A DNA stretch of 64,000 nt. It comes from an uncultured delta proteobacterium (GTDB lineage: Bacteria > Myxococcota > Myxococcia > Myxococcales > Anaeromyxobacteraceae). The stretch lies in the NCBI GenBank assembly GCA_963814585.1, contig CAWFDF010000004.1, positions 64,001 to 128,000 of the forward strand, given 5' to 3'. A program made the position numbers and the translations under genes. Position 1 is the stretch's first letter; each line of letters starts with the position of its first letter. Below the pieces are notes generated by a model that had not been told where the DNA came from, did not search any database, and saw only the letters and a program-made list of their open reading frames with translations. Positions 22,980-33,829 of this stretch are shown here, one piece after another.

Positions 22980-24404
22980 GTGTCGCCACTCGTCCTGATC
23001 GTCGACGACGAGCGCCCCAACCTCGAGTCGCTCGGGAAGATCTTCGAGCGCGAGGGCTGGCGCGTCGCGCAGGCCAGCTCCGGCGCCGAGGCGCTCGAGG
23101 TGGCCCGGCGCGAGCACCCCTCGGTGGTGGTCACCGACCTGATGATGCCGGGCATGAGCGGCGAGTCGCTGCTGCGCGCCCTGAAGGCCGTCTCGCCGGA
23201 GATCGAGGTGGTGCTGATGACCGCCTTCGGCACCGTCGAGTCGGCGGTGGCCGCCATGAAGGAGGGCGCCTACGACTTCATCACCAAGCCGCTCAAGCGG
23301 CAGGCGGTGGTGAAGAGCGTGCGCCAGGCGCTGGAGAAGGCGTCGCTGGTGGCCGAGAACCGCGCGCTGCGGGCGCGGCTGGCCGCCCTGGAGCCGGGCG
23401 GCGACGGCGGCCTGCTCGGCGCCGCCCCGTCCTTCCGCGCCATGCTGGAGACGCTGCGGCAGGTGGCGCCCAGCAACGCCAGCGTGCTGCTGATCGGCGA
23501 GAGCGGCACCGGCAAGGAGCTGGCGGCCCGGCTCATCCACGATCGCTCGGCGCGCGCCCGTGGGCCGTTCGTGGCCGTCAACTGCGGCGCCATCCCCGAG
23601 AGCCTGCTCGAGTCGGAGCTGTTCGGGTACGAGAAGGGGGCCTTCACCGGCGCCGCCGGCCGCAAGGAGGGGCGCTTCGAGCGGGCCCACGGCGGCACGC
23701 TGTTCCTCGACGAGGTCGGCGAGCTGTCGGCCGCGGTGCAGGTGAAGCTCCTGCGGGTGCTGCAGGACGGCGTCATCGACCGGCTGGGCGGCACCGCGCC
23801 GGTGCAGGTGGACGCGCGCATCGTCACCGCCACCAACCGCGAGCTCGCCGCCGAGGTGGCGGCCGGGCGCTTCCGGGAGGACCTCTACTACCGGCTCGAC
23901 GTGGTGACGGTGCGGCTCCCGCCGCTGCGCGAGCGGCGCGAGGACGTCCCGCTGCTGGCCGCCGCGTTCCTGCGGCGGCTGGCGGAGGCCAACGGCCGGC
24001 GGGTGACCGGCTTCACCCCGGCGGCGATGGCGGCGCTGGAGGCGGCGCCGTGGCCAGGCAACGTGCGCGAGCTGCTCCACGCCGTGGAGCGGGCGGTGAT
24101 CCTGGCGCGCGGCGAGGTGGTGGACGTGGGCGACCTCCCCGAGGGGCTGAGGCGCGCGCCCCAAGGCGCCGCGCCGGTCACGGGGGCGCCGGCGGCCCTC
24201 GCCATCCCGCCCGGCACGCCCATGGACGAGGTCGAGCGGCTGGTCATCCGCGAGACGCTGCGGCAGACCCGGGGCGACAAGACGCTGGCGGCCCAGATCC
24301 TCGGCATCGCGCCGAGGACCATCTACCGGAAGCTCGACCGGGACGAGGGCGGGCGGCTGGTGGAGCGGCCCGGTGGCGCCTCGGAGGAGCCGGAGTCGGC
24401 CTGA
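22980..24404 (+). CDS. sigma54-dependent response regulator (NtrC-family bEBP)
   Basis: Receiver domain (IVDDE, TDLMMP), [30 protein letters not shown], Fis-type HTH. Confidence 0.95.
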   Translation: MSPLVLIVDDERPNLESLGKIFEREGWRVAQASSGAEALEVARREHPSVVVTDLMMPGMSGESLLRALKAVSPEIEVVLMTAFGTVESAVAAMKEGAYDFITKPLKRQAVVKSVRQALEKASLVAENRALRARLAALEPGGDGGLLGAAPSFRAMLETLRQVAPSNASVLLIGESGTGKELAARLIHDRSARARGPFVAVNCGAIPESLLESELFGYEKGAFTGAAGRKEGRFERAHGGTLFLDEVGELSAAVQVKLLRVLQDGVIDRLGGTAPVQVDARIVTATNRELAAEVAAGRFREDLYYRLDVVTVRLPPLRERREDVPLLAAAFLRRLAEANGRRVTGFTPAAMAALEAAPWPGNVRELLHAVERAVILARGEVVDVGDLPEGLRRAPQGAAPVTGAPAALAIPPGTPMDEVERLVIRETLRQTRGDKTLAAQILGIAPRTIYRKLDRDEGGRLVERPGGASEEPESA

Positions 24405-24453
24405 CAATTTGGCCGGATCCGGCCGCGGGCAGGGTCGGCTTTGCCAAATTGGC
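24402..24453. promoter_or_regulatory. Candidate bEBP enhancer pair (UAS)
   Basis: TGACAATTTGGC (24402-13) and TGCCAAATTGGC (24442-53), 40 bp apart and about 95-145 bp upstream of a -24/-12 box. Confidence 0.5.
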
Positions 24454-24546
24454 GGACCTGGCCGGATCGGCACGCCTCGACCCGGAGGTGGCCTGGAATA
24501 GGCCAGCGAACTCGGGATGTTCGGCAGTCTGATCCCGGGCCCCGGG

Positions 24547-24562
24547 TGGCACGTGGGTTGCT
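24547..24562 (+). promoter_or_regulatory. sigma54 (-24/-12) promoter of the gsp operon
   Basis: TGGCACGTGGGTTGCT matches TGGCACG-N4-TTGCW. Confidence 0.85.
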
Positions 24563-24583
24563 CACCGAGAGCCCAGGCTGGCC

Positions 24584-25564
24584 ATGCTCGACCTCTTCTT
24601 CCGCAAGTACACCTGGACCGCGACCCTCGCCCTGCTCTTCGCCGGGGCCTGGATCGTCGCGCGGACCGTCAACACGGTGGTGGGCGCGGCGATCCGGCCC
24701 AGGCCGCAGGCCGATGCCGGCGCGCTCTCGGCGCCGCCGCCCCGTCCGGCCCTCGCCGCCAACCTGGACACCGACCGCCTCTACCGCCTCATCGGCGTCG
24801 AGCCGCCCAAGGCCGCCGAGATCGCCGCCGCGGCCACCCCGTCCCGCCCGCAGACCTGCGGCGACAGGGCCGCACGACCCGTGAAGAGCGACCTGCGGCT
24901 GCTGCTGGTGGTGGCGGTGCAGGCGGAGGTGCCCAGCGCCTCGCTGGTGACGTTGACCGACGCCGCGACGCGGGAGTCGCGCGTCCTCGGCGTGGGGGAG
25001 GAGTTCGGCGGGGCCAGGCTGCTCGGCGTCGAGCGGCTGGGCGAGGAGGCCGACGCCACCGGGAACGCCTTCAAGATGGTGGCGGTGATCTGCAACGGCG
25101 GCACCAAGGAGTACCTGGACGGCGACGCCGCGGCCGCCGGAGGCGAGCCCCCGCTCAACGTCGGCGTGGCCCAGGTCCCAGGGCGTCCGGCCACCGCCCG
25201 CCCGGCGGGCGGGCGGCTCGACGGCGTCCGCCTCCTCGCCGACAACCGCTACGAGATCGACAAGGCCGTCATCGACTCGTCGCTCTCCAACCTGAACTCG
25301 CTGGCCACCCAGGCGCGGCTCGTCCCCAGCTTCAAGAACGGCGTGGCCAACGGGTTCAAGCTGTTCCAGATCCAGCCCGGCTCGCTCTACTCGTCGATCG
25401 GGATCGAGAACGGCGACGTCATCACCCGCATCAACGGCTACGAGATCAACTCGCCGGACAAGGCGCTCGAGATCTACCAGAAGCTGCGTGAGTCGAGCCA
25501 CGTCACGCTGGAGCTGGACCGAGGCGGACAGAACATCAAGAAGGACTACAGCATCACCCCGTAG
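24584..25564 (+). CDS. gspC: Type II secretion protein GspC (PDZ-containing)
   Basis: N-terminal TM; C-terminal PDZ GFKLFQIQPGSLYSSIGIENGDVITRING; first gene of the gsp cluster. Confidence 0.88.
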   Translation: MLDLFFRKYTWTATLALLFAGAWIVARTVNTVVGAAIRPRPQADAGALSAPPPRPALAANLDTDRLYRLIGVEPPKAAEIAAAATPSRPQTCGDRAARPVKSDLRLLLVVAVQAEVPSASLVTLTDAATRESRVLGVGEEFGGARLLGVERLGEEADATGNAFKMVAVICNGGTKEYLDGDAAAAGGEPPLNVGVAQVPGRPATARPAGGRLDGVRLLADNRYEIDKAVIDSSLSNLNSLATQARLVPSFKNGVANGFKLFQIQPGSLYSSIGIENGDVITRINGYEINSPDKALEIYQKLRESSHVTLELDRGGQNIKKDYSITP

Positions 25565-25579
25565 ACGGTGGACCCCTCC

Positions 25580-28292
25580 ATGCGAACCCTCCTCGCCACG
25601 ATCCTCCTCGGCCCGGCCCTGGCGCTGGCCCAGGCGCCGGCCCCGGTGCCGGCTCGACCCCCGGTGCCGGGCGCCGCGCCGGGGCAACCTCCGCCGCCGG
25701 CGATCCAGCCGCTCCCCGCGAAGCGGAAGCCGCCCGCCGCGACCGCCCCGAAGCCGACGCGTCCCGCCGCGCCCCCCGCCGCGGCTCCCGCGCCGGCGGC
25801 CGCCACGGCCGCGGCCCCCGCCGGGCAGCAGGTCGCGCCGGCCCGGGCCGACGCCAAGTGCACGCCCATCCAGGGACGCTTCATGCTCTCCTTCTCCAAG
25901 GCCGACGTCGTCGACGTGCTGGAGCAGGCCAGCCGCTGGACCTGCCGGAACTTCATCTACGGAGAGGACGTGGCCAAGGGGAAGATCACCCTGCTCTCCA
26001 AGTCTCCGGTCACCGCCGAGGAGGCCTACGCGGCGTTCCTGGCGGCGCTCTCGTCCAACAACATCGCGCTCTACCAGACCGGTCGGTACTGGAAGCTGAT
26101 CCGGACCGCCGACGCCAAGAAGACGCCCATCCCGACTTACACCACCGACGGCGCCGAGACCCCGGCCACCGAGCAGCCCATCACCAAGCTCATCCGCCTC
26201 AAGCACGCCGACGCCGACCAGATGCGCGCCATCATGGGGAACTTCATCTCTCCGCAGGGCGCCGACCTGCAGGCCATCCCGCCCGACCTGCTGCTCATCA
26301 CCGACGGCGGCGTCAACGTCCGGCGCATCGAGAAGCTGATCGAGTCGATCGACCGGGCCGGCGGCGGTGACCTGGTGAAGCTGGTCCAGATCCGCTACGC
26401 GCCGGTCAAGGAGATCGCCGACAAGGTGAACCAGATCTTCGGGCAGGCCGCTGGCGCCGGCGGAAAGGCGGGCCGGCGCACCGTCCTCTCCTCGCCGGCG
26501 ACCCGGCCGGCCCCGGGCGCGCCCAAGCCCGGGACCCCGGCCCCGGCCACGCCGGGCGGCGGCGTGGAGGTGCAGGTCACCAAGGTGATCGCCGACGAGC
26601 GAACCAACAAGCTCATCATCATCTCCGATGAGAAGAGCTTCGAGCGGATCATGGAGGTGGTCCAGCAGCTCGACGTACCGACCGCCGAGGGCGGCGGCAT
26701 CCACGTCATCTTCCTCAAGAACTCCAGCGCCGAGGAGCTGGCCACCACGCTGGCCAACCTGTCCCAGGGCAAGTCGGGCAAGTCCGCGGCTCCGCCCATG
26801 CCGGCGAGCCTCCCCGGGCAGCCGGCCGTGGCACGTCCCGCCGGCTCGGGCGCCGCCGCCTCGGCCGAGCTCTTCACCGGCGAGGTGAAGATCACCGCCG
26901 ACAAGACCCAGAACGCGCTGGTGGTCCAGGCCAGCGCCGCCGACATCGTCACGGTCCGGCGCCTGATCGAGAAGCTCGACCGCCCCCGCCGGCAGGTGTT
27001 CGTCGAGGCGGTGATCATGGAGGTGAACCTCAACAACAGCACCCTCTTCGGCGTCGGCATGCACTCCGCGGTGCCGGTGACCACCAAGGACGGGACCGGG
27101 TTCATCCCCGTCTCCTTCTCCCCGGGGCGCATCAACACGCTCGGGATGCTGGGCAACGTCCAGAGCCTGGTCCAGCTGGGCGGCTTCCTCACCGGGTTCG
27201 CCGGCCCGACCTCGGCGGCGCTGAAGGACCTGGGCATCAACATCCCCAACATGGGGATCATGATCCAGGCGCTCCAGTCCTCGTCCGACGTCAACGTGCT
27301 CTCGACGCCGACCCTGCTGGCGGCCGACAACAGCGAGGCGGAGATCTCGGTGGGCCAGACCGTCCCGTTCCAGGCCGCCTACGCGCCGGCGGGGCTCTCC
27401 AGCGCGATCTCCAGCGGCGCCGGCACCGGCACCAGCGCCGCGCTCGGCACGGCGCTCGGCCTCGGCGGGCTCAACAGCCTCTACGCCCCCATCCAGCGCA
27501 CGCCGGTCGAGCTGCGCGTCAAGATCAAGCCGCAGATCGGCGAGGGGGACAACGTCAAGCTGCTGGTGGACGAGCAGGTGGAGGAGATCGTCGAGAAGGA
27601 CGCCCAGCTCGGGCCGACCACCGCCAAGCGCACGGTCAAGTCGGAGATCGTGGCGCGAGACCAGTCGACCATCGTCATCGGCGGCCTGATGCAGGAGCGC
27701 ACCGTCCGTTCGGTGAAGAAGGTGCCCTTCCTCGGCAGCATCCCCATCATCGGCTGGCTCTTCCGTGACACCGCCACCAGCAAGCAGAAGACCAACCTGC
27801 TCCTCTTCCTCACGCCCTACATCATCCGCGACGAGGCCGACTACCGGCGCATCTACGAGAAGAAGCGCAAGGAGCAGCAGGAGTTCGTCGAGGCCTTCTA
27901 CGGCCGGCAGCCCGGCTACGACGTCGCCATCGACTTCGCCCGGAAGGCCGGTCCCTACGGCCGGCTGCGGCGCGAGGTGCTCGAGGAGACCAGCAAGCTC
28001 GAGAACGGCGGCCTGGGCGCCGCGGGGGAGCGGATGGTGACGCCGGGCGATGCCGCCGGTGGCGCGGCCCCTGGCCCCGTCACGGGGCCAGCCGTGCCCT
28101 TGCCTCCGGTCCGACTTCCTCCGCTCGGCCTGCCGCCGGCGCCGGAGGACTTCGAGTCGCCCGAGCCGCCGCCCGACGGGTCCGTCGCGCCGCCGCCGGC
28201 CAGCCCGCCCCCGGTCCCTCGCCGGCCGAGCCGCCAACCAGCCAGCCCCCGGCCTTCCGCCGGAGGCGCCGGCCGGAGGTCGGAACCCATGA
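25580..28292 (+). CDS. gspD: Type II secretion secretin GspD (true stop probably TGA 28290-28292 via a 1-nt indel)
   Basis: Signal peptide, N-domains (ADERTNKLII, ADKTQNALVV), QVFVEAVIMEV, VIGGLM, KVPFLGSIPIIGWLF. Confidence 0.9.
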
Positions 28293-30091
28293 TCGGAGAG
28301 GGGCCCACCGAGGTCCTGCCGCTGCCGGGCGGCGAGCGGACCACGCTGGTGGCCAACGCCCCCGCCTACCTCTGCGGGCGGCCGCTCGGGGAGATCCTCG
28401 CCGAGGTGGCCGGGCTCTCGCCCGTCAAGCTGGCCGAGGCGCTGGCAGCCCAGCAGGGCGAGCACGCCGGCGAGCGGCTGGGCGCGATCCTGGTCCGGCT
28501 GCGCAGCTGCACCGAGGCCGAGGTGCTCCGGGCGCTGGCCATCCAGCTCGACCTCCCCTTCCTGGAGCGGATCGATCCGGAGGCCATCGACCCGGCGCTG
28601 GTCAAGAGGGTCCCCATCAACTTCGCCAAGCAGGCCCGGCTGCTGCCGATGAGGTCGAGCGGCGATGGGGCCCGGGTGGCGGTGGTCGACCCGCTCGACA
28701 CGGCGGCGCAGGACTCGGTGGCGGCGCTGCTGGGCCAGCCGGTGTCGGTCGAGGTCGCGCCCGCCCAGGTGGTGCTCGACGCCATCAACGCCGCCTACGA
28801 CCGGGCGGCCGACGAGCACGACAAGATCATGGAGGGGCTCGAGACCGAGGACCTCGAGAGCGTCGCCCATGAGCTGGAGGAGCCGACCGACCTCCTCGAC
28901 GCCGACGACGAGGCCCCCATCATCCGGCTGGTGAACTCGCTCCTCTTCCGTGCCGTGAAGGAGCGGGCCAGCGACATCCACATCAACCCGGAGGAGAAGG
29001 ACATCTCCGTCCGCTACCGGATCGACGGGGTGCTGCGCGAGGTGATCCGCGCCCCCAAGCGCTACCAGGCCTCCATCGCCAGCCGCATCAAGATCATGGG
29101 AGGCCTCAACATCGCCGAGAAGCGGCTCCCCCAGGACGGCCGCATCCGCATCAAGCTCGCCGGCAAGGACGTCGACGTCCGCCTCTCCACCGTGCCCACC
29201 GCCAACGGCGAGCGGATCGTGATGCGCCTGCTCGACAAGTCGAACGTCATCCTCGATCTCGCCGAGATCGGCTTCGAGCCGTGGCAGCTCACCATCATGG
29301 ACGGCCTGATGACACGGGCCCACGGCATCGTCCTGGTGACCGGTCCCACCGGCAGCGGCAAGACCACCACGCTCTACGCCGCCCTCTCCAAGATCAACTC
29401 GCCGGACCTCAACATCCTCACCATCGAGGACCCGGTCGAGATCCCGCTGAAGGGCGTCGGCCAGGTGCAGGTCAACCCCAAGATCGACCTGACCTTCGCC
29501 AACGGCCTGCGCGCCTTCCTGCGCCAGGACCCCGACGTCATCATGGTCGGTGAGATCCGCGACCTGGAGACGGCCGAGATCGCCATCCAGGCCTCGCTCA
29601 CCGGCCACCTGGTGCTCTCCACCGTCCACACCAACGACGCCGCCGGCGCCATCACCCGCCTGGTCGACATGGGCGTGCAGCCGTTCCTGGTGGCCTCCTC
29701 GCTGGTGGGCGTGCTGGCCCAGCGGCTGGTTCGCGTCCTCTGTGGCGCGTGCCGCCAGCCCTACACGCCGACCCCGGAGGAGCGCGAGCAGGTCGGTCTC
29801 TCCGACGACATCCTGGCGCAGGCCGGCCACCCCAAGGCCATCTACAAGGCGGCCGGCTGCCCGGCCTGCCAGCAGACCGGCTACCAGGGCCGCACCGGCA
29901 TCTACGAGCTCATGCTGGTGGACGACGACATCCGCGCCCTGATCCTCAAGAACACCGACTCGTCCACCATCAAGAAGGCGGCCGTCGACCACGGCATGCT
30001 CTCGCTGATGCAGCACGGCGCCTACAAGGTGGCGCTCGGGATCACCACGGCCGCCGAGGTCCTCTCGGTCACCGCCGAGGACCGGCACTGA
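28289..30091 (+). CDS. gspE: Type II secretion ATPase GspE
   Basis: SD GGAGG then ATG 28289; ASDIHI, RLPQDGR, GPTGSGKTTT, RQDPDVIMVGEIRD, CxxC pairs. Confidence 0.93.
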   Translation: MIGEGPTEVLPLPGGERTTLVANAPAYLCGRPLGEILAEVAGLSPVKLAEALAAQQGEHAGERLGAILVRLRSCTEAEVLRALAIQLDLPFLERIDPEAIDPALVKRVPINFAKQARLLPMRSSGDGARVAVVDPLDTAAQDSVAALLGQPVSVEVAPAQVVLDAINAAYDRAADEHDKIMEGLETEDLESVAHELEEPTDLLDADDEAPIIRLVNSLLFRAVKERASDIHINPEEKDISVRYRIDGVLREVIRAPKRYQASIASRIKIMGGLNIAEKRLPQDGRIRIKLAGKDVDVRLSTVPTANGERIVMRLLDKSNVILDLAEIGFEPWQLTIMDGLMTRAHGIVLVTGPTGSGKTTTLYAALSKINSPDLNILTIEDPVEIPLKGVGQVQVNPKIDLTFANGLRAFLRQDPDVIMVGEIRDLETAEIAIQASLTGHLVLSTVHTNDAAGAITRLVDMGVQPFLVASSLVGVLAQRLVRVLCGACRQPYTPTPEEREQVGLSDDILAQAGHPKAIYKAAGCPACQQTGYQGRTGIYELMLVDDDIRALILKNTDSSTIKKAAVDHGMLSLMQHGAYKVALGITTAAEVLSVTAEDRH

Positions 30092-30095
30092 GCCC

Positions 30096-31322
30096 ATGCC
30101 GGTCTTCGAGTACAAGGCGCTGTCCGCCGCCGGGAAGCCGGTGCAGGGGCTCAAGGAGGCCGAGTCCCCCAAGTCGCTCCGCGCCGCGCTGAAGCGTGAC
30201 GGCGTCTTCCTCACCGAGGTGCTGGGCGAGAAGCAGCAGCGGGCCCAGCAGTCCCGCGAGGTGAACGTGCGCCGCTGGGTGGTGGGTCGGGTCGGCGCCG
30301 ACGACCTGGCCATCACCACCCGGCAGCTGGCGGTGCTGGTCCACGCCGGGATTCCCCTGGTCGAGGCGCTGAATGCCCTGGTGGAGCAGGTCGAGCACGA
30401 GCGGCTGAAGCGGGTCATCTCGGACGTGAAGCAGCGGGTCAACGAGGGCGCCTCGCTGGCGGATGCGCTCGCCGTCCACGGCAAGGTCTTCTCCACGCTG
30501 TACTGCAACATGATCCGGGCCGGCGAGTCGTCGGGCGCGCTCGACGTGGTGCTGACGCGCCTCGCCGACTTCACCGAGAGCCAGGCCCGGCTCCGCTCCA
30601 AGGTGATGGGGGCGCTCACCTACCCGGCCGCCATGGCGGTGGTGGGCGGCGCCATCATGCTCATCCTCTTCGCGGTGGTCATCCCCAAGATCACCAAGAT
30701 CTTCGAGGACACCCAGGTGACCCTCCCCTGGACCACCAAGGTGCTGATGGGCTTCTCCACCTTCGTCTCCACCTGGTGGTGGGCGCTGGTGCTGCTGGCG
30801 GCGGCCGGGTTCTGGGGGTTCCTCCGCTGGAAGCAGGTGCCGGCCGGCCGCGCCCGCTGGGACCGCTTCAAGCTCACCGTGCCCATCTTCGGCCGCCTCA
30901 TCCGCACCATCGCCATCGGCCGCTTCTCGCGCACGCTGGCCACGCTGCTGAAGAGCGGCGTCCCGCTGCTGACCGCCATGGACATCGTCAAGAACGTCGT
31001 CGCCAACGTCCGGCTGGCCGAGGTGATCGAGCAGGCCCGCCAGGCCATCCAGGAAGGCGAGTCGATCGCGGCGCCGCTCAAGCGATCCGGCGAGTTCCCG
31101 CCGCTGGTCCACCACATGGTGGCCATCGGCGAGCGCTCCGGCTCGCTCGAGGAGATGCTCGGCAACGTGGCCGACGCCTACGAGGACCAGGTGGAGACCA
31201 CGGTGGCGGCGCTCACCTCGCTCATGGAGCCGATCATGATCGTGCTGATGGGCGCGGTGGTGACGTTCATCGTCTTCTCGGTCCTCATGCCCATCCTGCA
31301 GATCAACACGCTGGCCGGGTGA
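30096..31322 (+). CDS. gspF: Type II secretion inner-membrane platform GspF
   Basis: TRQLAVLVHAGIPLVEAL, AGESSGALD, GERSGSLEEML, three TMs. Confidence 0.93.
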   Translation: MPVFEYKALSAAGKPVQGLKEAESPKSLRAALKRDGVFLTEVLGEKQQRAQQSREVNVRRWVVGRVGADDLAITTRQLAVLVHAGIPLVEALNALVEQVEHERLKRVISDVKQRVNEGASLADALAVHGKVFSTLYCNMIRAGESSGALDVVLTRLADFTESQARLRSKVMGALTYPAAMAVVGGAIMLILFAVVIPKITKIFEDTQVTLPWTTKVLMGFSTFVSTWWWALVLLAAAGFWGFLRWKQVPAGRARWDRFKLTVPIFGRLIRTIAIGRFSRTLATLLKSGVPLLTAMDIVKNVVANVRLAEVIEQARQAIQEGESIAAPLKRSGEFPPLVHHMVAIGERSGSLEEMLGNVADAYEDQVETTVAALTSLMEPIMIVLMGAVVTFIVFSVLMPILQINTLAG

Positions 31323-31366
31323 CCACCGTGCCCCCGTCCACCCTCACCTCCCCGGAGGTCGCTCAC

Positions 31367-31780
31367 ATGGAACTTCGCAAGCGCCGCGTCCCGCGCGGCA
31401 TGACCCTCATCGAGATCATGGTGGTGCTGGTGATCATCGGCCTGGTCGCCTCGGCGGTGGCCGTCAACGTGGTCGGCCGGCTCGGCGAGGCCAAGGTGAA
31501 GCAGGCCGAGACCGACGTCCGCAACATCGCCAGCCAGGGCGTGGACGCCTACAAGGTGATGCGCGGCCGGTACCCGACCACCGAGGAGGGGCTGGGCGTC
31601 CTCATCAGCGAGAAGTTCGTCAAGGCCAACAAGGGCGGCAAGCTGCTCGACCCGTGGAACCGCGAGTACATCTACCTCTACCCCGGCCAGGCCCACCCGG
31701 ACGGCTTCGACGTGAAGAGCTACGGCGCCGACGGCCAGCCCGGCGGCGAGGGCGAGAACGCCGACATCGTGAACCCCTGA
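31367..31780 (+). CDS. gspG: Major pseudopilin GspG
   Basis: RG|MTLIEIMVV, YPTTEEGL, DPWNREYIY, SYGADGQPGGEG. Confidence 0.93.
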   Translation: MELRKRRVPRGMTLIEIMVVLVIIGLVASAVAVNVVGRLGEAKVKQAETDVRNIASQGVDAYKVMRGRYPTTEEGLGVLISEKFVKANKGGKLLDPWNREYIYLYPGQAHPDGFDVKSYGADGQPGGEGENADIVNP

Positions 31781-32403
31781 GGAGCCTCCTGGACCGCGGC
31801 GCGCCAGAGCGAGGGTTCACCCTCATCGAGCTGATGGTGGTGATCGCCGTGGTGGCGGTCATCTCCGCCGCCGCCGTGCCCGCGCTCCGCGGCGTCACCG
31901 GCGCCAACGCCCGGCAGGCCGCCGGCGAGGTGGCCGGCACGCTCCGCTACCTCTTCGACACCGCCGCGCTCCGGCACGCCACCTGCCGGCTGGCCATCGA
32001 CCTCGACGGCCACGCCTTCTGGGCCGAGTGCGCGCCTCGCGCCGTGACCCTGGCGAAGCCGGACCAGCCCTCCCGCGTCGCCCGCGAGCTGGAGGAGCGC
32101 TTCCCCGACGAGCGGGACGCCGATCGCCGCAGGCTCATGGCGCAGACGCACTTCGGCGCCTTCGAGGACCGCCTGGCGGCGCGCCGCGTGCTGCCGGGGA
32201 GCACCTCCTTCGGGCCGGTCCGGGTCGAGGGTCGGAGCCAGCCGATCGAGGAGGGGATCGCCTACGTGCACTTCTTCCCCGGCGGCCAGGCGCAGCGCGC
32301 CATGGTCCCGGTGGTGGACGGCGACCTCCTCTACACGGTGGTGCTCGAGCCCTTCACGGGGCGGGCCCGCGTCGTCGCCGGCAAGGTGGAGGACGGGCCA
32401 TGA
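31777..32403 (+). CDS. gspH: Minor pseudopilin GspH (start uncertain, CTG candidate)
   Basis: RG|FTLIELMVV, YVHFFPGG; position after gspG. Confidence 0.8.
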   Translation: MRSLLDRGAPERGFTLIELMVVIAVVAVISAAAVPALRGVTGANARQAAGEVAGTLRYLFDTAALRHATCRLAIDLDGHAFWAECAPRAVTLAKPDQPSRVARELEERFPDERDADRRRLMAQTHFGAFEDRLAARRVLPGSTSFGPVRVEGRSQPIEEGIAYVHFFPGGQAQRAMVPVVDGDLLYTVVLEPFTGRARVVAGKVEDGP

Positions 32404-33182
32404 CGGGACCCCGGTCCCGCCCGGGCGCCGGCGCCCACCGGCTCCGCCGCGGCTTCACCTTGCTGGAGGTCATGGTGGCGCTGGCGGTGCTGGCCCTGGC
32501 GCTCACCGCCGTGTCCGACGTGGTGGGCGGCGCGCTCCGCAACCACGTCCGCGCCAGGCAGCTCGAGATCGCCACCATGCTGGCCCGCGGGCGGCTGGCC
32601 GAGGCCGAGGCCACCTTCGAGGAGGATGGCTTCCGCGACTTCGACCAGACCGAGGAGGGCACCTTCGAGGAGGAAGGCCACCCCGAGGTGACGTGGAAGC
32701 TGGTGGCCATCAAGCCACAGGTCGAGCTGGGGCCCGACGCCGTGCTCAAGGCGCTCACCGGCCTCGACGGAGGCGTGGCCGGGCTGCTCGGGCTCGAGTC
32801 CAAGGGCCAGGGCGCCTCGGCGGGCGTTGGCGGCGGCGCCGGCGGGCCCACCGCCTCGCTGGCCGGATCGCCGCTGGCCGGGATGGCGGTGTCCATGATC
32901 CAGCAGCAGCTCACCGGCCTGGGCGAGAAGCTCAAGTCCGGCGTCCGCGAGGTGCGGCTCACGGTCGGCTGGAAGGACGGCAAGGCGACGGAGTCGTTCA
33001 CGCTGGTGACCCACCTGGTGGTGCTGACGCCTGGCGCGCAGCGGCGCCTGTCCGGGGCCGGCGCGCCGGCTGGCCTCCTGGGGACTCCACGGCCCGGCCT
33101 CCCTGGCCCGGGCGCCTTCACCGGCCGGCAGGGCCTGCAGCCCTTCCAGGCTCCACCCGCCGGGGGAGGGAGGCGGCAATGA
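32400..33182 (+). CDS. gspI: Minor pseudopilin GspI
   Basis: RG|FTLLEVMVALAVL; VREVRLTVGW; ATGA overlap. Confidence 0.8.
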   Translation: MTGPRSRPGAGAHRLRRGFTLLEVMVALAVLALALTAVSDVVGGALRNHVRARQLEIATMLARGRLAEAEATFEEDGFRDFDQTEEGTFEEEGHPEVTWKLVAIKPQVELGPDAVLKALTGLDGGVAGLLGLESKGQGASAGVGGGAGGPTASLAGSPLAGMAVSMIQQQLTGLGEKLKSGVREVRLTVGWKDGKATESFTLVTHLVVLTPGAQRRLSGAGAPAGLLGTPRPGLPGPGAFTGRQGLQPFQAPPAGGGRRQ

Positions 33183-33829
33183 CCCGGACGGCGCGCGGCT
33201 TCTCGCTCCTCGAGGTGATGATCGCGGTGGCGATCACCGCCGTCATCGGCTCCATGGCAGCCGGCGTCTACCAGCAGGTCGACCACGCGGCCTCGGCGGC
33301 ACGGGACCAGGGTGAGCGGTACGCCGGCGCGCGCCTGGCGCTGACCCGGATGTCCCGCGAGCTGTCGATGGCCTTCCTCTCGGAGCACTACGACCGGGCC
33401 CGCTTCCGCGACCGCCCCACCCTCTTCAAGGGCGAGCGGGACCAGGTCCTCTTCACCACCATGGCGCACGTCCGGCTGGTCCAGGACGCCAAGGAGTCGG
33501 ACCAGGCCGTGGTCGAGTACCTCGTCGAGCGCGACCCGGTGAGCGGCCAGGACGCGCTCTTCCGTCGCGAGAAGCCTCGCCTCGACGACGAGCCCGACCG
33601 CGGCGGCCGCAAGGACCTGCTGGCCACCCACGTCAAGGGACTCTCGCTCCAGTACTGGGACCTGAAGCGCAAGGAGTGGGTCCGCGAATGGTCGACCCGG
33701 ACGCCGGAGCGCCTGAACGAGCTGCCGCCTCGCGTCCGCATCGCGCTCGAGGTCACGCTCGCCGACGGCCGGGCCGAGAAGTTCACCACCCAGGCGCGCG
33801 TCGCCATCACCGCACCGCTGGAGTTCTGA
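33179..33829 (+). CDS. gspJ: Minor pseudopilin GspJ
   Basis: RG|FSLLEVMIAVAI; LPPRVRIAL. Confidence 0.82.
   Translation: MTRTARGFSLLEVMIAVAITAVIGSMAAGVYQQVDHAASAARDQGERYAGARLALTRMSRELSMAFLSEHYDRARFRDRPTLFKGERDQVLFTTMAHVRLVQDAKESDQAVVEYLVERDPVSGQDALFRREKPRLDDEPDRGGRKDLLATHVKGLSLQYWDLKRKEWVREWSTRTPERLNELPPRVRIALEVTLADGRAEKFTTQARVAITAPLEF

Noticed and set aside
24323..30619. 2098-aa minus-strand ORF (also 40609-44646, 57518-60766, 59827-62826 and similar)
   Set aside because: Antisense shadow frames of strongly GC3-biased real genes (gspCDE, smc, tolB, Omp85); no recognisable motifs
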